From the IMG/VR virus record IMGVR_UViG_3300042558_004148, positions 62,001-126,000 of that record: a DNA stretch of 64,000 bases; one strand, given 5' to 3'. The stretch's first letter is position 1, and each line of letters opens with the position of its first letter. Below the pieces are notes generated by a model. That model was not told where the DNA came from and did no database searches. It saw nothing but the letters and a program-made list of their open reading frames with translations. Positions 37,258 to 47,968 of this stretch are shown here, piece after piece. A program made the position numbers and the translations under genes.

Positions 37258-40200
37258 ATGGCAGGAACACAAAATAGTATAAGTTCTTTATTAGCTCAGT
37301 TTCTGAGACTACAAAAAAATTCATTAGAGATTTTAAATGGTCTTAATGAGGCAGCAGTTTCAACAAATGATACTGTAAGCATAGAGGTACTTGACGAGGC
37401 TGGATTACCAAAGAATGCTAATATACCATCATATGGTTATTTAAGAGGTGAGATACAAAGAATAGACAATAATATAAAATCACTTGCCGGCATAGGAGAA
37501 AATTCATCGACGGTAAGAAATCCTGATGGAACATATTCGCAGGTATTTAAGGTCAATACACTAAAGGAACCATCCAGATTGGTCAATCTTACTGTTCCTA
37601 GCACATTTGCTGTTAAGGACAATTGGTTTTTTGAAAGTTTTCTAAGTCCATTACTTTATATAAACATAAATGTAACCGGCCAAATATCAGATAATGCTGA
37701 TAGAATAATGGTAAAGCGAATAATTGCTAATACGACTACCGATGCTCAGAAGGAATATTTTGATCTACAGCTTAAAGGTAGAAATGATTTATCGTATGAA
37801 TCATTTATACAACTATTAGATGATAATGGTATCGGATATTTCGTTGATGAGGATATTGTACAATTACCATTAAGAACAATAAGATACATTGGTGATTTTG
37901 GAGTTCTTAGTTACTATGACGATACTACGACAAGGAACGATCAATTTGGAAATCCGGTACAGCAAATAAGAAGAAATTATAAATTAGATAAGCTAAACTA
38001 TACTGACACCGTTACTAATGTTATAGACGGTAAAACATTAAATGTTAAGGATAAGGTTGCTACTCAGGACGGAAGTTTATATGAGATAACTTCAATAGAT
38101 AACGATCAGGCATCAATACAAGCTAAAAGAGTTTCTGGATATCAGCCAATTCAAATAGGCGCAAAATCGCTATCTATATCATCCACCGATTTTGGTGCTA
38201 GATTGGTACAGGTTAATGTGGGTTATAATGAGAGACAGGGAATTTTCTTTAAGACTATAGATGATAACTTTAATATAGTTAGTGCAACTTGGTCAACCGG
38301 TGTTGTTTTTTGGAGTAGCGAGCTACAAACTAAAAATTCTGATGGCGAAATAGTAACACTTGAGAATTATTATTTGAATGAGGTAGCTGATCTTGGAAAA
38401 GTTTTTCTTGGAGCTGCTAAAGAAAATAAAATAACTGCCATTCAGGGACTAAAACCTGATGCACCATTAGTTACTACGGATAGCTTTAAAGTTGTACAAA
38501 TAAATAGACAAGTAACACAATCAACCTCGATAAAGGTTGTTGATGATAAATTAAACCTTAAAACTTCTCTTAAGAGTGAGATTGACTCTCTAGATTCGGC
38601 TATTAATGATGCTAGACTTGAATTAAATACAGGATTAGCTGGTAATAACTCTGTTTCAGGAAGAAATTTCATAACAGCAGCAGATGATGCTGGTGATTTT
38701 GGTAGACGATCTGGTATATTTGGAAGCAATATTAGCACTTCTCCTAGAGGTGTAAATATACAATCCATAAGAGCAAATCTTAATAGTTTAATCGATGAGA
38801 GAACAAAAAAGGTTCAATTATATGCTTCTTTAGTTGATGAGGTAAGCGTGCTTGTTAAGGATGTGCCGCAGATAGTAACCCCACCAAAATATAGAGTAAG
38901 AGGATTTTGGCCAATACCTGCTCCAAAGGAAGATCCGCAGACTGGTAAACAACAGGTTATACAATTCTCAGTAAGATACAGATATCTTAGTGATTCCGGT
39001 GCTGCACAACCATCAGATCAGATAGAATTTGTTGATAATGATGGTCTAAGAAAAAATGCAGCTTTCTCCAACTGGACGGAATATAAGACTGAAATTAGAA
39101 AAAAAGTTTATGATTCTAATAAGGGAGTTTATGTTTGGGCTGATGAGATAACATCCGATTCTGATGTACAGAATATAAACCAATTGGATATAGCGATAAC
39201 CAAAGGCGAGAGGGTGGAAATACAAATATCCTCAATCTCGGAAGCTGGCTGGCCAGAAAATCCGCAAATATCCGATTATTCGGAATCAGTTACTGTAACA
39301 TTTCCTGATGATCTTAGTGTTAATGGAATTGCCGATACCTTGGTAACAAATAACGAGGATGCTGCTGTCGTTAAGGTTCAAAGAAATCTTGATGCACAGG
39401 GTTTACCTAGTCATCTATCCCAACAGTTTACTTCCGGAGATAAAACTTATTATCACGATGCAGTAGGAATTTCCAGTGGTTTTTATAATACAGCAGGGGG
39501 CGTTATAAATCTCTTTGACAAGCTGGTCGAATTACAGAATCAAGTTTCTCTATTGTCTGCACAGATAACTCAGGCAAAAGGAACATTGGAGGTTTATGTA
39601 GTGGATTCATCTAATAATAAAATAAAAGTCTCTAGAGGATCAGTTGTAAAAATAACTGCTGGATTCTTTAATGATATTTATAGTAATCCTTTAACAACTG
39701 ACGCTGGTAAAATAGCATCCTCTACGTATAGTATACAATTATTTAATGCTAAGGCTTCTGCCGTGGAACTTGCCTCGATTATACCTGGTGGTTTATCACA
39801 GAAGGCTCCTGCAACTATAGCACCTCAAACATATCCTACTGGATATGACGATAACCTTAGATATGGTGACTGTCCTATTTCCATAACATCTCTAACAATA
39901 GCTGATTCATCAATAGTTAATAATGCTTATTTTAGACAGGCTCCGCCTTTTGCTTCTGCTAATTCATATGCACAATACATATATCCTAGATATAAATCGG
40001 TTGGTTACGATCAGCAGCTATACAATGGTGGATCATTAGGATCATCTTTCTCCAGTAACTTCAGTGCTTCGTATGCTTATGATGGAGGTTTAAGTACAAC
40101 TAACTTCGGTATATCCGGTACTTATCCGCAAAATGGAACTTTGATGATTCCATACTCACCTTCCGTTACCCCAAGTACAGTTGCTGGTGCTACTGCATCC

Positions 40201-40893
40201 AATATATGGAACGGAACATTCTCAGCTGTTACAGGAGGAACCCCTAACGGAGGTGGTAATATATCGGAATTCTGTATATCTACCGCTCATCCATATTTAA
40301 TATCAATAGGTGCACAGTCTGCTTTTGATACGTACGAGAATCTCGTTAAGCCATATTCGGCTACGAACAAGATATATCCACCTTTTAGACATACGCAAAC
40401 TTTCTGGGGAGATACCAGTCTGGATTTCTATTGGGTTCAACAAACATATAGAGAACCTATAACATTTGCAGCGGGTGCTACCGCTTCCAGAGACGATAGA
40501 ATGTACCCTGATAAATTAGGATTTAATTCGAATGATGAATTCCTTATAGGTAAATATTCATGTGGCGCATATTTATATCTGGGACCAACAAATTCATCAT
40601 CTCTTCAGGTGGAGGGTACAACTTCGATATCTGTTAAGCCGCTATTAAATGGTGATTCCAATGCAATAAATGTTCCTCTAATTTTCCAATTCAGACCGGT
40701 AGATAAAGCAGGTTATATCGGAGGATGGAGAAAATCAGGTAATCTTTCAAATATAACATACACTAAAAAGATTGGTGTTGATATACAAGTTAAGAATGAG
40801 GATCAATTCTCATTTGATGTACAAATTACGGGATCGTATAAAAATGACACGTTGGTTGCTCCAAATTTTGATAGCGGTTTAACCTCAGTATAA
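37258..40893 (+). CDS. Large putative structural protein (coiled coils plus Ig/FN3-like beta domains)
   Basis: 1211 aa, preceded by TATAAATA at 37237-37244. Confidence 0.6.
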   Translation: MAGTQNSISSLLAQFLRLQKNSLEILNGLNEAAVSTNDTVSIEVLDEAGLPKNANIPSYGYLRGEIQRIDNNIKSLAGIGENSSTVRNPDGTYSQVFKVNTLKEPSRLVNLTVPSTFAVKDNWFFESFLSPLLYININVTGQISDNADRIMVKRIIANTTTDAQKEYFDLQLKGRNDLSYESFIQLLDDNGIGYFVDEDIVQLPLRTIRYIGDFGVLSYYDDTTTRNDQFGNPVQQIRRNYKLDKLNYTDTVTNVIDGKTLNVKDKVATQDGSLYEITSIDNDQASIQAKRVSGYQPIQIGAKSLSISSTDFGARLVQVNVGYNERQGIFFKTIDDNFNIVSATWSTGVVFWSSELQTKNSDGEIVTLENYYLNEVADLGKVFLGAAKENKITAIQGLKPDAPLVTTDSFKVVQINRQVTQSTSIKVVDDKLNLKTSLKSEIDSLDSAINDARLELNTGLAGNNSVSGRNFITAADDAGDFGRRSGIFGSNISTSPRGVNIQSIRANLNSLIDERTKKVQLYASLVDEVSVLVKDVPQIVTPPKYRVRGFWPIPAPKEDPQTGKQQVIQFSVRYRYLSDSGAAQPSDQIEFVDNDGLRKNAAFSNWTEYKTEIRKKVYDSNKGVYVWADEITSDSDVQNINQLDIAITKGERVEIQISSISEAGWPENPQISDYSESVTVTFPDDLSVNGIADTLVTNNEDAAVVKVQRNLDAQGLPSHLSQQFTSGDKTYYHDAVGISSGFYNTAGGVINLFDKLVELQNQVSLLSAQITQAKGTLEVYVVDSSNNKIKVSRGSVVKITAGFFNDIYSNPLTTDAGKIASSTYSIQLFNAKASAVELASIIPGGLSQKAPATIAPQTYPTGYDDNLRYGDCPISITSLTIADSSIVNNAYFRQAPPFASANSYAQYIYPRYKSVGYDQQLYNGGSLGSSFSSNFSASYAYDGGLSTTNFGISGTYPQNGTLMIPYSPSVTPSTVAGATASNIWNGTFSAVTGGTPNGGGNISEFCISTAHPYLISIGAQSAFDTYENLVKPYSATNKIYPPFRHTQTFWGDTSLDFYWVQQTYREPITFAAGATASRDDRMYPDKLGFNSNDEFLIGKYSCGAYLYLGPTNSSSLQVEGTTSISVKPLLNGDSNAINVPLIFQFRPVDKAGYIGGWRKSGNLSNITYTKKIGVDIQVKNEDQFSFDVQITGSYKNDTLVAPNFDSGLTSV

Positions 40894-40913
40894 TAATAAA
40901 TTATAAATAGAAT

Positions 40914-43900
40914 ATGGCCGAGGCTAAACTTTTTGATTACAATTCATCATTCTCAGTTGTAAGAACTAACCCAAAATTAACTGGTAATCTAAGAATAACA
41001 GTTGGTTCTAATGGTTCAGTTTCTTTTAACTCGATGGACGCTAATAGGATATTAAGTAATGACAGATTTAAGAACTTTAATATAACCGGCGAAAATCCGT
41101 TCGCGCTGGATGTCTATAACTTTTTTGATAAAGGCCAATTGGCAAGTGATATAATTTTTCAGACCGCTAGGTTTACTAGAGGTGAATTTCAGGCAGTGAA
41201 TCAATTTTCTGAGCAATATGATTTTTTCTATGGATCCGGTGCTTCTGCTTTGGCTGATAAGAATTATAATGAATCTTTTAGTTATTTTGCACCTCTGTGG
41301 ATAAACAGCGAGATACCAGACTATTTTGTTATATTTAAAGTTCCTGGACCATTAAGTTATTCATATTCTGATAATCAAACGATAATATCGGATGGTATTA
41401 AATATAAACTGGTTCAGAATTATGACAGTGAAGTATCCTTTAGAATATCTTATGGTAACGACGCTTCAGGTAACCCCGTTTATTATAGCGCCGGTGAAAT
41501 ATTTAATGGTTCTAGTTTATATTCAAATTATACTATAATAGAAGGTAGCGGTATAGTTGTAGTATTTGACGAGCTTGCAAATATAGATCTTGTGGATGAT
41601 GTGGAGACTTTATTTAAGAATAAGATATTACCTAATGCTACTGCAATAAAAACATTTGATCTTACGGAGAATAGCAAGATTGGTAAATATATTAGATCTA
41701 TTTTCAATGATAAGAAATTCAAAAAATCACCTGTTGATGTTAGCTGGGGTCCGAGTTCATATACGTATTTCAACGGGGTTTCTATAAAAGATGGAATATA
41801 TTCAAGAAAGGGTGAGATATTATCCGATTATTTTGCTAGTGATAGTTCTGATTCGATGATAGATTTTGAGTCTTATATAACTTCGGGATTTTCTAGAAAT
41901 GGAATTATATCACCAAATTTATTAAATCTTGAATTTCTATTTGATGATGATGATTCCGACATCTATACAATAAATAGATATATGGGATTTTATGTTTCCC
42001 GAAATGATCTAGCCTCTCTTAGACTTAATGGAGATTTCTTCTATAAATATAGAAACATCGAAGGAAATGACGATCTACCAAAACCGAGCAGAAATAGTTT
42101 TGGTTATTATTATGATAGCACAACATATCCAATAACGGCAGAATCAGGTATAATGCTATTCTATGAGAATGGTAGCGGATTTTTACCAGGTTCGAATGAT
42201 ACAAATATATTGGATAGTAATAAGTTATATTATATTACTGATAAGGATAGCAATTTCTATAGCTTAAGCAGGTCCGAATTCTATGGAGGATCAACCGGTC
42301 CTAATTATGGTCCATATGATTATTCGACTGGTTTATTCTCAGCAACTGGATCAACTGGATCAACATCTGGAAATGTAGTGATACAGAATAAAAAAACGGA
42401 TCTGCACAATTTCACAGGAACTAGTAATAAGGTGGCAAGTATACCTGCAAAGAATGCAGATTCTCCAGGTAGAGCATATTGTGAGGTTGAGTTCTTGAAA
42501 AAATCGGATCTAGTGAATCCAATATATTTTAAATTATATTGGCCAAATGGATCACTTTATGATGGATCCGAAAAATATGATCTGGTAGAGTCCGCTGATC
42601 TATCAGCAATTATACCCTGGGTTGATGGATCTTTTTATAGTACTGGTAATACGCATTATTTTAATGCTTATGGTGATGACTTATCCAAAATTGCTAGTTC
42701 ATTCTCCAATATAATAAAGAATATAGATCAGGTTACTGTTGAAAGCGGGGTAAATCTTAATTCTTCAGTTATACGACTTAGAGATTCCGGTACCTTTGGT
42801 AATGACTTATATTCGATTAGTATATTTGGTAATTATAGCGATTTTGAATCTAGATACAAGGGGATATGGGACAATACTAGTTCCTATTCGGTTAATGATA
42901 TAGTTAAATATGATGGATATTATTACACAACAGCTTCAATTATAAATGCTCCATCATCAGGTAACTTTAATCTCAATCCAATATCTGCGGGATGGAATAA
43001 ATACGACACCTTCACTTATCCCGGATATGTTAAAATTAATGGCATTGATGCATACGAGATATCAGGAACTATTAACTTTACTGGGGGTACCAGATATAGC
43101 GGAAATAGGCTTATTTTCGGCTCATCGTACGAGGGATTTGTTAACGTAAATGATTTTGTAGTAACCAAAACCGGTAAAAGTAGAGTTATGGAGGTTTCAA
43201 AGTATACCGACGAGCCAGTAAGGGATACTCAAACTAATATAGTTACTGGTTTTGATAACTTTACGTATAGCAGAGTGGCTATATTAGAGGATGAATTTGC
43301 GGAGGTTGATCTCGGTTCTTCTAACTCGTTCAATTCATATAAATCAGTGGACCTAAATATAGGGGTATTCAGCTTCTTTGATATGAAGGAATTCGATTTT
43401 GATTTTTTTACTTCGAATTATTCATACACGCCAACTGCAGAAACTTATAAGTACTATCAAATACAGCCAGGAGTAACCGGATCTATAAATAATGGTATAC
43501 CTTACTTGGTAAAGAGAGGACAAATAATATATAATAATGTACAATATGATCAGGGTTCAATATTTTATGGAACTGGTGGAATTACATTGTTTACTAGTGC
43601 AAATCCTGATCAGAAGGATCTCATAGTATTTCCAGCCCAATATTCAACAGTTACATATAATAGTTCAACAACCAACTATGGATCGGACATAGGTTATAAC
43701 GTCGATTTAGATGCGTTTAATGGATTTATTGGAATCCAATCATTAACACCATCATCTTTGAATTCTAGTGCCTCTAAACTTGAAGTATTTAACAGGGGAA
43801 AACTTAGTAGTGAATATGATTACCTGGAGGAAAACTATACAACATCGAGAGCTAATATTTCCAGAATAGTTCCTTATATAAATAAATGGGCATACACATC

Positions 43901-46382
43901 AGGAACGGACTCTAGAGGAAATTTATATAGATTAAATTCAACACCAGCCTTTTCACCAACTAACTTTTCGCCTAGTTTAGATAGGAACGAATCTGATTCC
44001 CGATACCTTACCCATGAGTGGCTAATATTAGAGAAGCCACCTAGAGATTTTCCGATAAGTGAGATGAAAAATCAGAATAGCTATTTACCAGGTATGGTTG
44101 ATCTAGATATGGCTAGAAGCTCTGATCCAGCGGATGCTCTGTATCTGTCGTCCGTATTTACTGTGGATCCTTCTGACTATTCACCAGAATATAGGGATCT
44201 AAGTTCATATACTAAGGAATTATTTACACCTTTTAGTTTTAATGAATCTAGTGGATATTATGAAACATTATTTAGGGGAATAAAAGTTGTATTGAAGAAA
44301 AGATCAAATTTATCAAATTCAAATGCCGATTCTCTTGATAAATATATTAGATTATACAGAGGTTATGAAGATTATAAATTCTCTGCTATTATTAGGGTTG
44401 TAGATGAGAATTCAACATCAATACAATCACCGGTATCTTATGAAATAATAGAGAATGAACAACAGAAATTTGTTTTGTTCGTATGTTACGTTCTTATTAA
44501 CGATTATAAGTCACAGGAGCTTGGTTATTCGGGATTGACCGGTGGAGATCCTATATTGGATTATACACTTTTATATTCCCTTAGTAATAAGGAGAAGTTA
44601 AATTATCCTCTTGTTAATAACGAACCATTTTATAAAATAGGTGACATCAAATTAAGTGCTGCATTGGACTTATCGCTATCATCTGGTAGTGTGGTAAATA
44701 CGACCGCTGTACCTGGCATAATTAATTCGATATTAAATCCTGATTATGATACTGACCTTAGAGAGGAAATAAACACAATATTCTCTCCCAATACTGCAGG
44801 TGCAACAGCTGGACCAAGTCCTATAGGTGCCGGTAGTTTCTATGTAAATTCCATAAATTCAACATATCCCTGGCCGATTGGCGTTGGACCTAGCTATATA
44901 GAATTTGGTAAAATTGCAACGGGTGGCGCGGAATATACATTTGATATACAATTCTCTGCATCTGATCCAGTCACAGTGCCAGTGGGGCCTTCTTCGGTTT
45001 ATAAAAATCAGCCGGTCTTTCAAGTTGAAGGAGGTGAGGAGTATTATAATTTCATATTAAAAAGAACATCAGCTGCTGATATATTAAGCAGAATAAACGG
45101 AAGTTCTCCCTATATAAAATATAAAACTTATTACTGGGATCCTGTTTTACTAACAACAAAAGAATCATTAAATTCATTTGAGTTGTATATGGAAAAACCA
45201 TCCAGGCTATATAAGGGTAATGGATCAAGAACAACCAAATTTTATGGTGGGCCTCAGACAATAGGTGAATCTGTTCCGACATCATATATAATACAACCTA
45301 ACCAGGACCTTCCGTCCTCCTTACTGAGATACTCTGGTGGATATTCACCTTTATTCAGAAAGGTTGTGTATTTTGATTATGATAAGACCGATACCATAAG
45401 CGGTGATAATAGTATAGATTTATCATTCAGAAACTGCAATTTCGCTCCTAATAAAGAATATTTTGGAATTCTTAGAAATCTTCCATTTACTAAGGTTGAT
45501 AAGGGCAATAATATATTAAGTCTGAGTAAAGATCTGCCTGAGGGTCCGGTATATCCATTGGTTGGCCAATCTCCAATATGGAAAAAGAATTTCAATATAT
45601 TCTCTTCAAGTTGGGATCCTGGATACTATGACCAATTCAATGGCCCAACCACATATAATCAGGTTGCTGGAACAAGAAGCATGAAGGAAAATAAATCTTT
45701 CCTTGCTTCCAAAATTATGAAAACCCCGGGTAACTTTGATTTCAGTAACTATATAACATTAGAGATATCGAGAACTTCCGGATCAACAAATATAAATGAT
45801 ATAAATAACGCAATACTTGGATATAGTAAACCAGTCCAGAATATATCTCCATCTGATTCAGGTATTGGTATAGGAAATGTTGGACCTTACCTATCTGGTG
45901 TTGATTATAATAAATTGGATATATCTATATTTCCGAATGCTGAAATTATATGGCAATATTTTCCATTGGTTAATAAAATAAGCGGTATAATTAGACTTGA
46001 TAGGATGTTGAGAAGATATCTTCTTAATTCTGGTATAAAACAAACGTTCATAGACAATATAATATCAGATTTTGGAGTGGGTAATCCTGATTCAATAGAC
46101 GATGATGTTAATGACTATATAGATCTTAACGTTTCCCCTCTATTTCAGGGAAATGTATTTGATCTTTTTGTTAATAAAACTTCTCAATCGTCCGGATCAC
46201 AAATAGTTGATTATGAGGTTAGAGGTGATATAAATCAATCGGAAAGATTTAAAATGGGATACTATCCCGATAGTAATTATAAATTAACTAGAAATACGGA
46301 TTTAATTTATAATTTTGAGTATAATCTGGAGAAAAGCTATAACTATTCAATATTATTTAACCTAGGAATTATTAAAATTTAA
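40914..46382 (+). CDS. Very large putative structural (fibre/baseplate) protein
   Basis: 1822 aa, aromatic- and Ser/Asn-rich, within the structural block. Confidence 0.6.
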   Translation: MAEAKLFDYNSSFSVVRTNPKLTGNLRITVGSNGSVSFNSMDANRILSNDRFKNFNITGENPFALDVYNFFDKGQLASDIIFQTARFTRGEFQAVNQFSEQYDFFYGSGASALADKNYNESFSYFAPLWINSEIPDYFVIFKVPGPLSYSYSDNQTIISDGIKYKLVQNYDSEVSFRISYGNDASGNPVYYSAGEIFNGSSLYSNYTIIEGSGIVVVFDELANIDLVDDVETLFKNKILPNATAIKTFDLTENSKIGKYIRSIFNDKKFKKSPVDVSWGPSSYTYFNGVSIKDGIYSRKGEILSDYFASDSSDSMIDFESYITSGFSRNGIISPNLLNLEFLFDDDDSDIYTINRYMGFYVSRNDLASLRLNGDFFYKYRNIEGNDDLPKPSRNSFGYYYDSTTYPITAESGIMLFYENGSGFLPGSNDTNILDSNKLYYITDKDSNFYSLSRSEFYGGSTGPNYGPYDYSTGLFSATGSTGSTSGNVVIQNKKTDLHNFTGTSNKVASIPAKNADSPGRAYCEVEFLKKSDLVNPIYFKLYWPNGSLYDGSEKYDLVESADLSAIIPWVDGSFYSTGNTHYFNAYGDDLSKIASSFSNIIKNIDQVTVESGVNLNSSVIRLRDSGTFGNDLYSISIFGNYSDFESRYKGIWDNTSSYSVNDIVKYDGYYYTTASIINAPSSGNFNLNPISAGWNKYDTFTYPGYVKINGIDAYEISGTINFTGGTRYSGNRLIFGSSYEGFVNVNDFVVTKTGKSRVMEVSKYTDEPVRDTQTNIVTGFDNFTYSRVAILEDEFAEVDLGSSNSFNSYKSVDLNIGVFSFFDMKEFDFDFFTSNYSYTPTAETYKYYQIQPGVTGSINNGIPYLVKRGQIIYNNVQYDQGSIFYGTGGITLFTSANPDQKDLIVFPAQYSTVTYNSSTTNYGSDIGYNVDLDAFNGFIGIQSLTPSSLNSSASKLEVFNRGKLSSEYDYLEENYTTSRANISRIVPYINKWAYTSGTDSRGNLYRLNSTPAFSPTNFSPSLDRNESDSRYLTHEWLILEKPPRDFPISEMKNQNSYLPGMVDLDMARSSDPADALYLSSVFTVDPSDYSPEYRDLSSYTKELFTPFSFNESSGYYETLFRGIKVVLKKRSNLSNSNADSLDKYIRLYRGYEDYKFSAIIRVVDENSTSIQSPVSYEIIENEQQKFVLFVCYVLINDYKSQELGYSGLTGGDPILDYTLLYSLSNKEKLNYPLVNNEPFYKIGDIKLSAALDLSLSSGSVVNTTAVPGIINSILNPDYDTDLREEINTIFSPNTAGATAGPSPIGAGSFYVNSINSTYPWPIGVGPSYIEFGKIATGGAEYTFDIQFSASDPVTVPVGPSSVYKNQPVFQVEGGEEYYNFILKRTSAADILSRINGSSPYIKYKTYYWDPVLLTTKESLNSFELYMEKPSRLYKGNGSRTTKFYGGPQTIGESVPTSYIIQPNQDLPSSLLRYSGGYSPLFRKVVYFDYDKTDTISGDNSIDLSFRNCNFAPNKEYFGILRNLPFTKVDKGNNILSLSKDLPEGPVYPLVGQSPIWKKNFNIFSSSWDPGYYDQFNGPTTYNQVAGTRSMKENKSFLASKIMKTPGNFDFSNYITLEISRTSGSTNINDINNAILGYSKPVQNISPSDSGIGIGNVGPYLSGVDYNKLDISIFPNAEIIWQYFPLVNKISGIIRLDRMLRRYLLNSGIKQTFIDNIISDFGVGNPDSIDDDVNDYIDLNVSPLFQGNVFDLFVNKTSQSSGSQIVDYEVRGDINQSERFKMGYYPDSNYKLTRNTDLIYNFEYNLEKSYNYSILFNLGIIKI

Positions 46383-46384
46383 TT

Positions 46385-47941
46385 ATGCCAAATATAAATA
46401 TACAATCTTTAGAATATTCGGACTCCCAATCGGAAATGTTCGATAAGGTAAATCTTAATTTTGATGAGATTATCGAAATACATGGGGGATCGCAAGGTAG
46501 GATAGGACCTACTGGTGGTGATGGAGCCATCGGTGATAGAGGTAAGCCTGGACCTACTGGAAATACAGGAGTCAGAGGAAATAGATGGTTTATTGATATT
46601 TCTCAGCCTTCCGGGCCAGGTGACACTGTTATTTATGGTGATTATTGGGTTAATAGAGATTCTGGTATTATTAATATATTTACTTCATTGGGATGGCAAC
46701 CTACTGGATATAGCTTATCCGACGGAGATTCCATATTTAAAAATTCGGGGTCCATATTCTCCACTGGTATTACCGGATCAGCAATATCATTAAATCAGAT
46801 AACACCATCCGATTATCTGGTCATAGTAGCCGATAAAACACCAGGTTCTGGGGTTTTAAATCAGAATCTAGCTAAATTTTTATTATCGACTGATACCACA
46901 GTAAATGATTCGCCAATATTGGAATTCTCAAAAACTAATATTGAGGATGGAAATATAGCTGACTATTCACAACATCCAATATTTAGATGGAATAATTTTA
47001 CTCCGACCGACGATGGCTTGGTATTAGAAATACCAGGGGGATCATTTATAATAGGAGCATCTGGTGGATCTGATATAAAATTCAATGAATTTATAATGAA
47101 TTCACCAGGTACAATATCATTTAATTATGGTACTACCTCCGGATCAGGAATATACTCCACTGGTGGATTTGAGATTAATGCTCCCAGCGGACAATTTAGT
47201 ATACTGAGTTCAAATATAAGCATTACCGGGGGTACATCCTCAATATCAGCTCCGGTTCAATTAAATCCAAGCTTACCTGATGGTGTTTTTAGTACTTATT
47301 TATATAGCGGTGGAACCGCACCAGCACTAAGAACTACCAGATCTGGAGATACCTTTTCTACTCTATCCCATTCCGTTTATAATATTAGTTTGGAGTCATC
47401 AAATGGAGGACAAAGAGACTTCTTTATAGATACAAGGGGTAAAATTAGAACCAAGAAAACTGAAACAGGTATATCATATGCTAATACTACCACTGATGTA
47501 ACGAGTGCTATAACATCTCCATATACAGCAAATACTAACTGGTATATGTTAACCAGGACAGGAACTCCGATAGATTCATCGGTCCTACAGGATGGTAACA
47601 CTATGGTCATAAACCCAGTTGTTCCTACCAGTGGATTTATAGGGATTGGTATTTATACAGGATCCGATTATTCATTAGGTACTACTGGTGGTATTAATAG
47701 AGGTGAATCTATAGATATAAATGTTCTTGTAAGTCCCAATGATCTGGTATATCCCAGTAACGGAATAACATTTATAGGAAAGGGAACTACCTCCGGTAAC
47801 ATTACTAGCTTGGTTGAACTTTCTAATATAGCATCCTCATTGGATCTAACCATAGCTAGAGGTGTTACCGGAGATTATATAACGGTTTTTTATAGATCAT
47901 ATGGAATTAATGGCGGATCTGGAGGATCTTTTACTATTTGA
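46385..47941 (+). CDS. Collagen-repeat tail fibre paralog A
   Basis: DS-x5-DKVNLNF N-terminus followed by 11 G-X-Y triplets ending at Trp. Confidence 0.75.
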   Translation: MPNINIQSLEYSDSQSEMFDKVNLNFDEIIEIHGGSQGRIGPTGGDGAIGDRGKPGPTGNTGVRGNRWFIDISQPSGPGDTVIYGDYWVNRDSGIINIFTSLGWQPTGYSLSDGDSIFKNSGSIFSTGITGSAISLNQITPSDYLVIVADKTPGSGVLNQNLAKFLLSTDTTVNDSPILEFSKTNIEDGNIADYSQHPIFRWNNFTPTDDGLVLEIPGGSFIIGASGGSDIKFNEFIMNSPGTISFNYGTTSGSGIYSTGGFEINAPSGQFSILSSNISITGGTSSISAPVQLNPSLPDGVFSTYLYSGGTAPALRTTRSGDTFSTLSHSVYNISLESSNGGQRDFFIDTRGKIRTKKTETGISYANTTTDVTSAITSPYTANTNWYMLTRTGTPIDSSVLQDGNTMVINPVVPTSGFIGIGIYTGSDYSLGTTGGINRGESIDINVLVSPNDLVYPSNGITFIGKGTTSGNITSLVELSNIASSLDLTIARGVTGDYITVFYRSYGINGGSGGSFTI

Positions 47942-47947
47942 TATATA
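47940..47947 (+). promoter_or_regulatory. GATATATA putative late promoter
   Basis: 29 nt upstream of ATG 47969. Confidence 0.6.
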
Positions 47948-47968
47948 GTGTAATTACCATTTAATAAT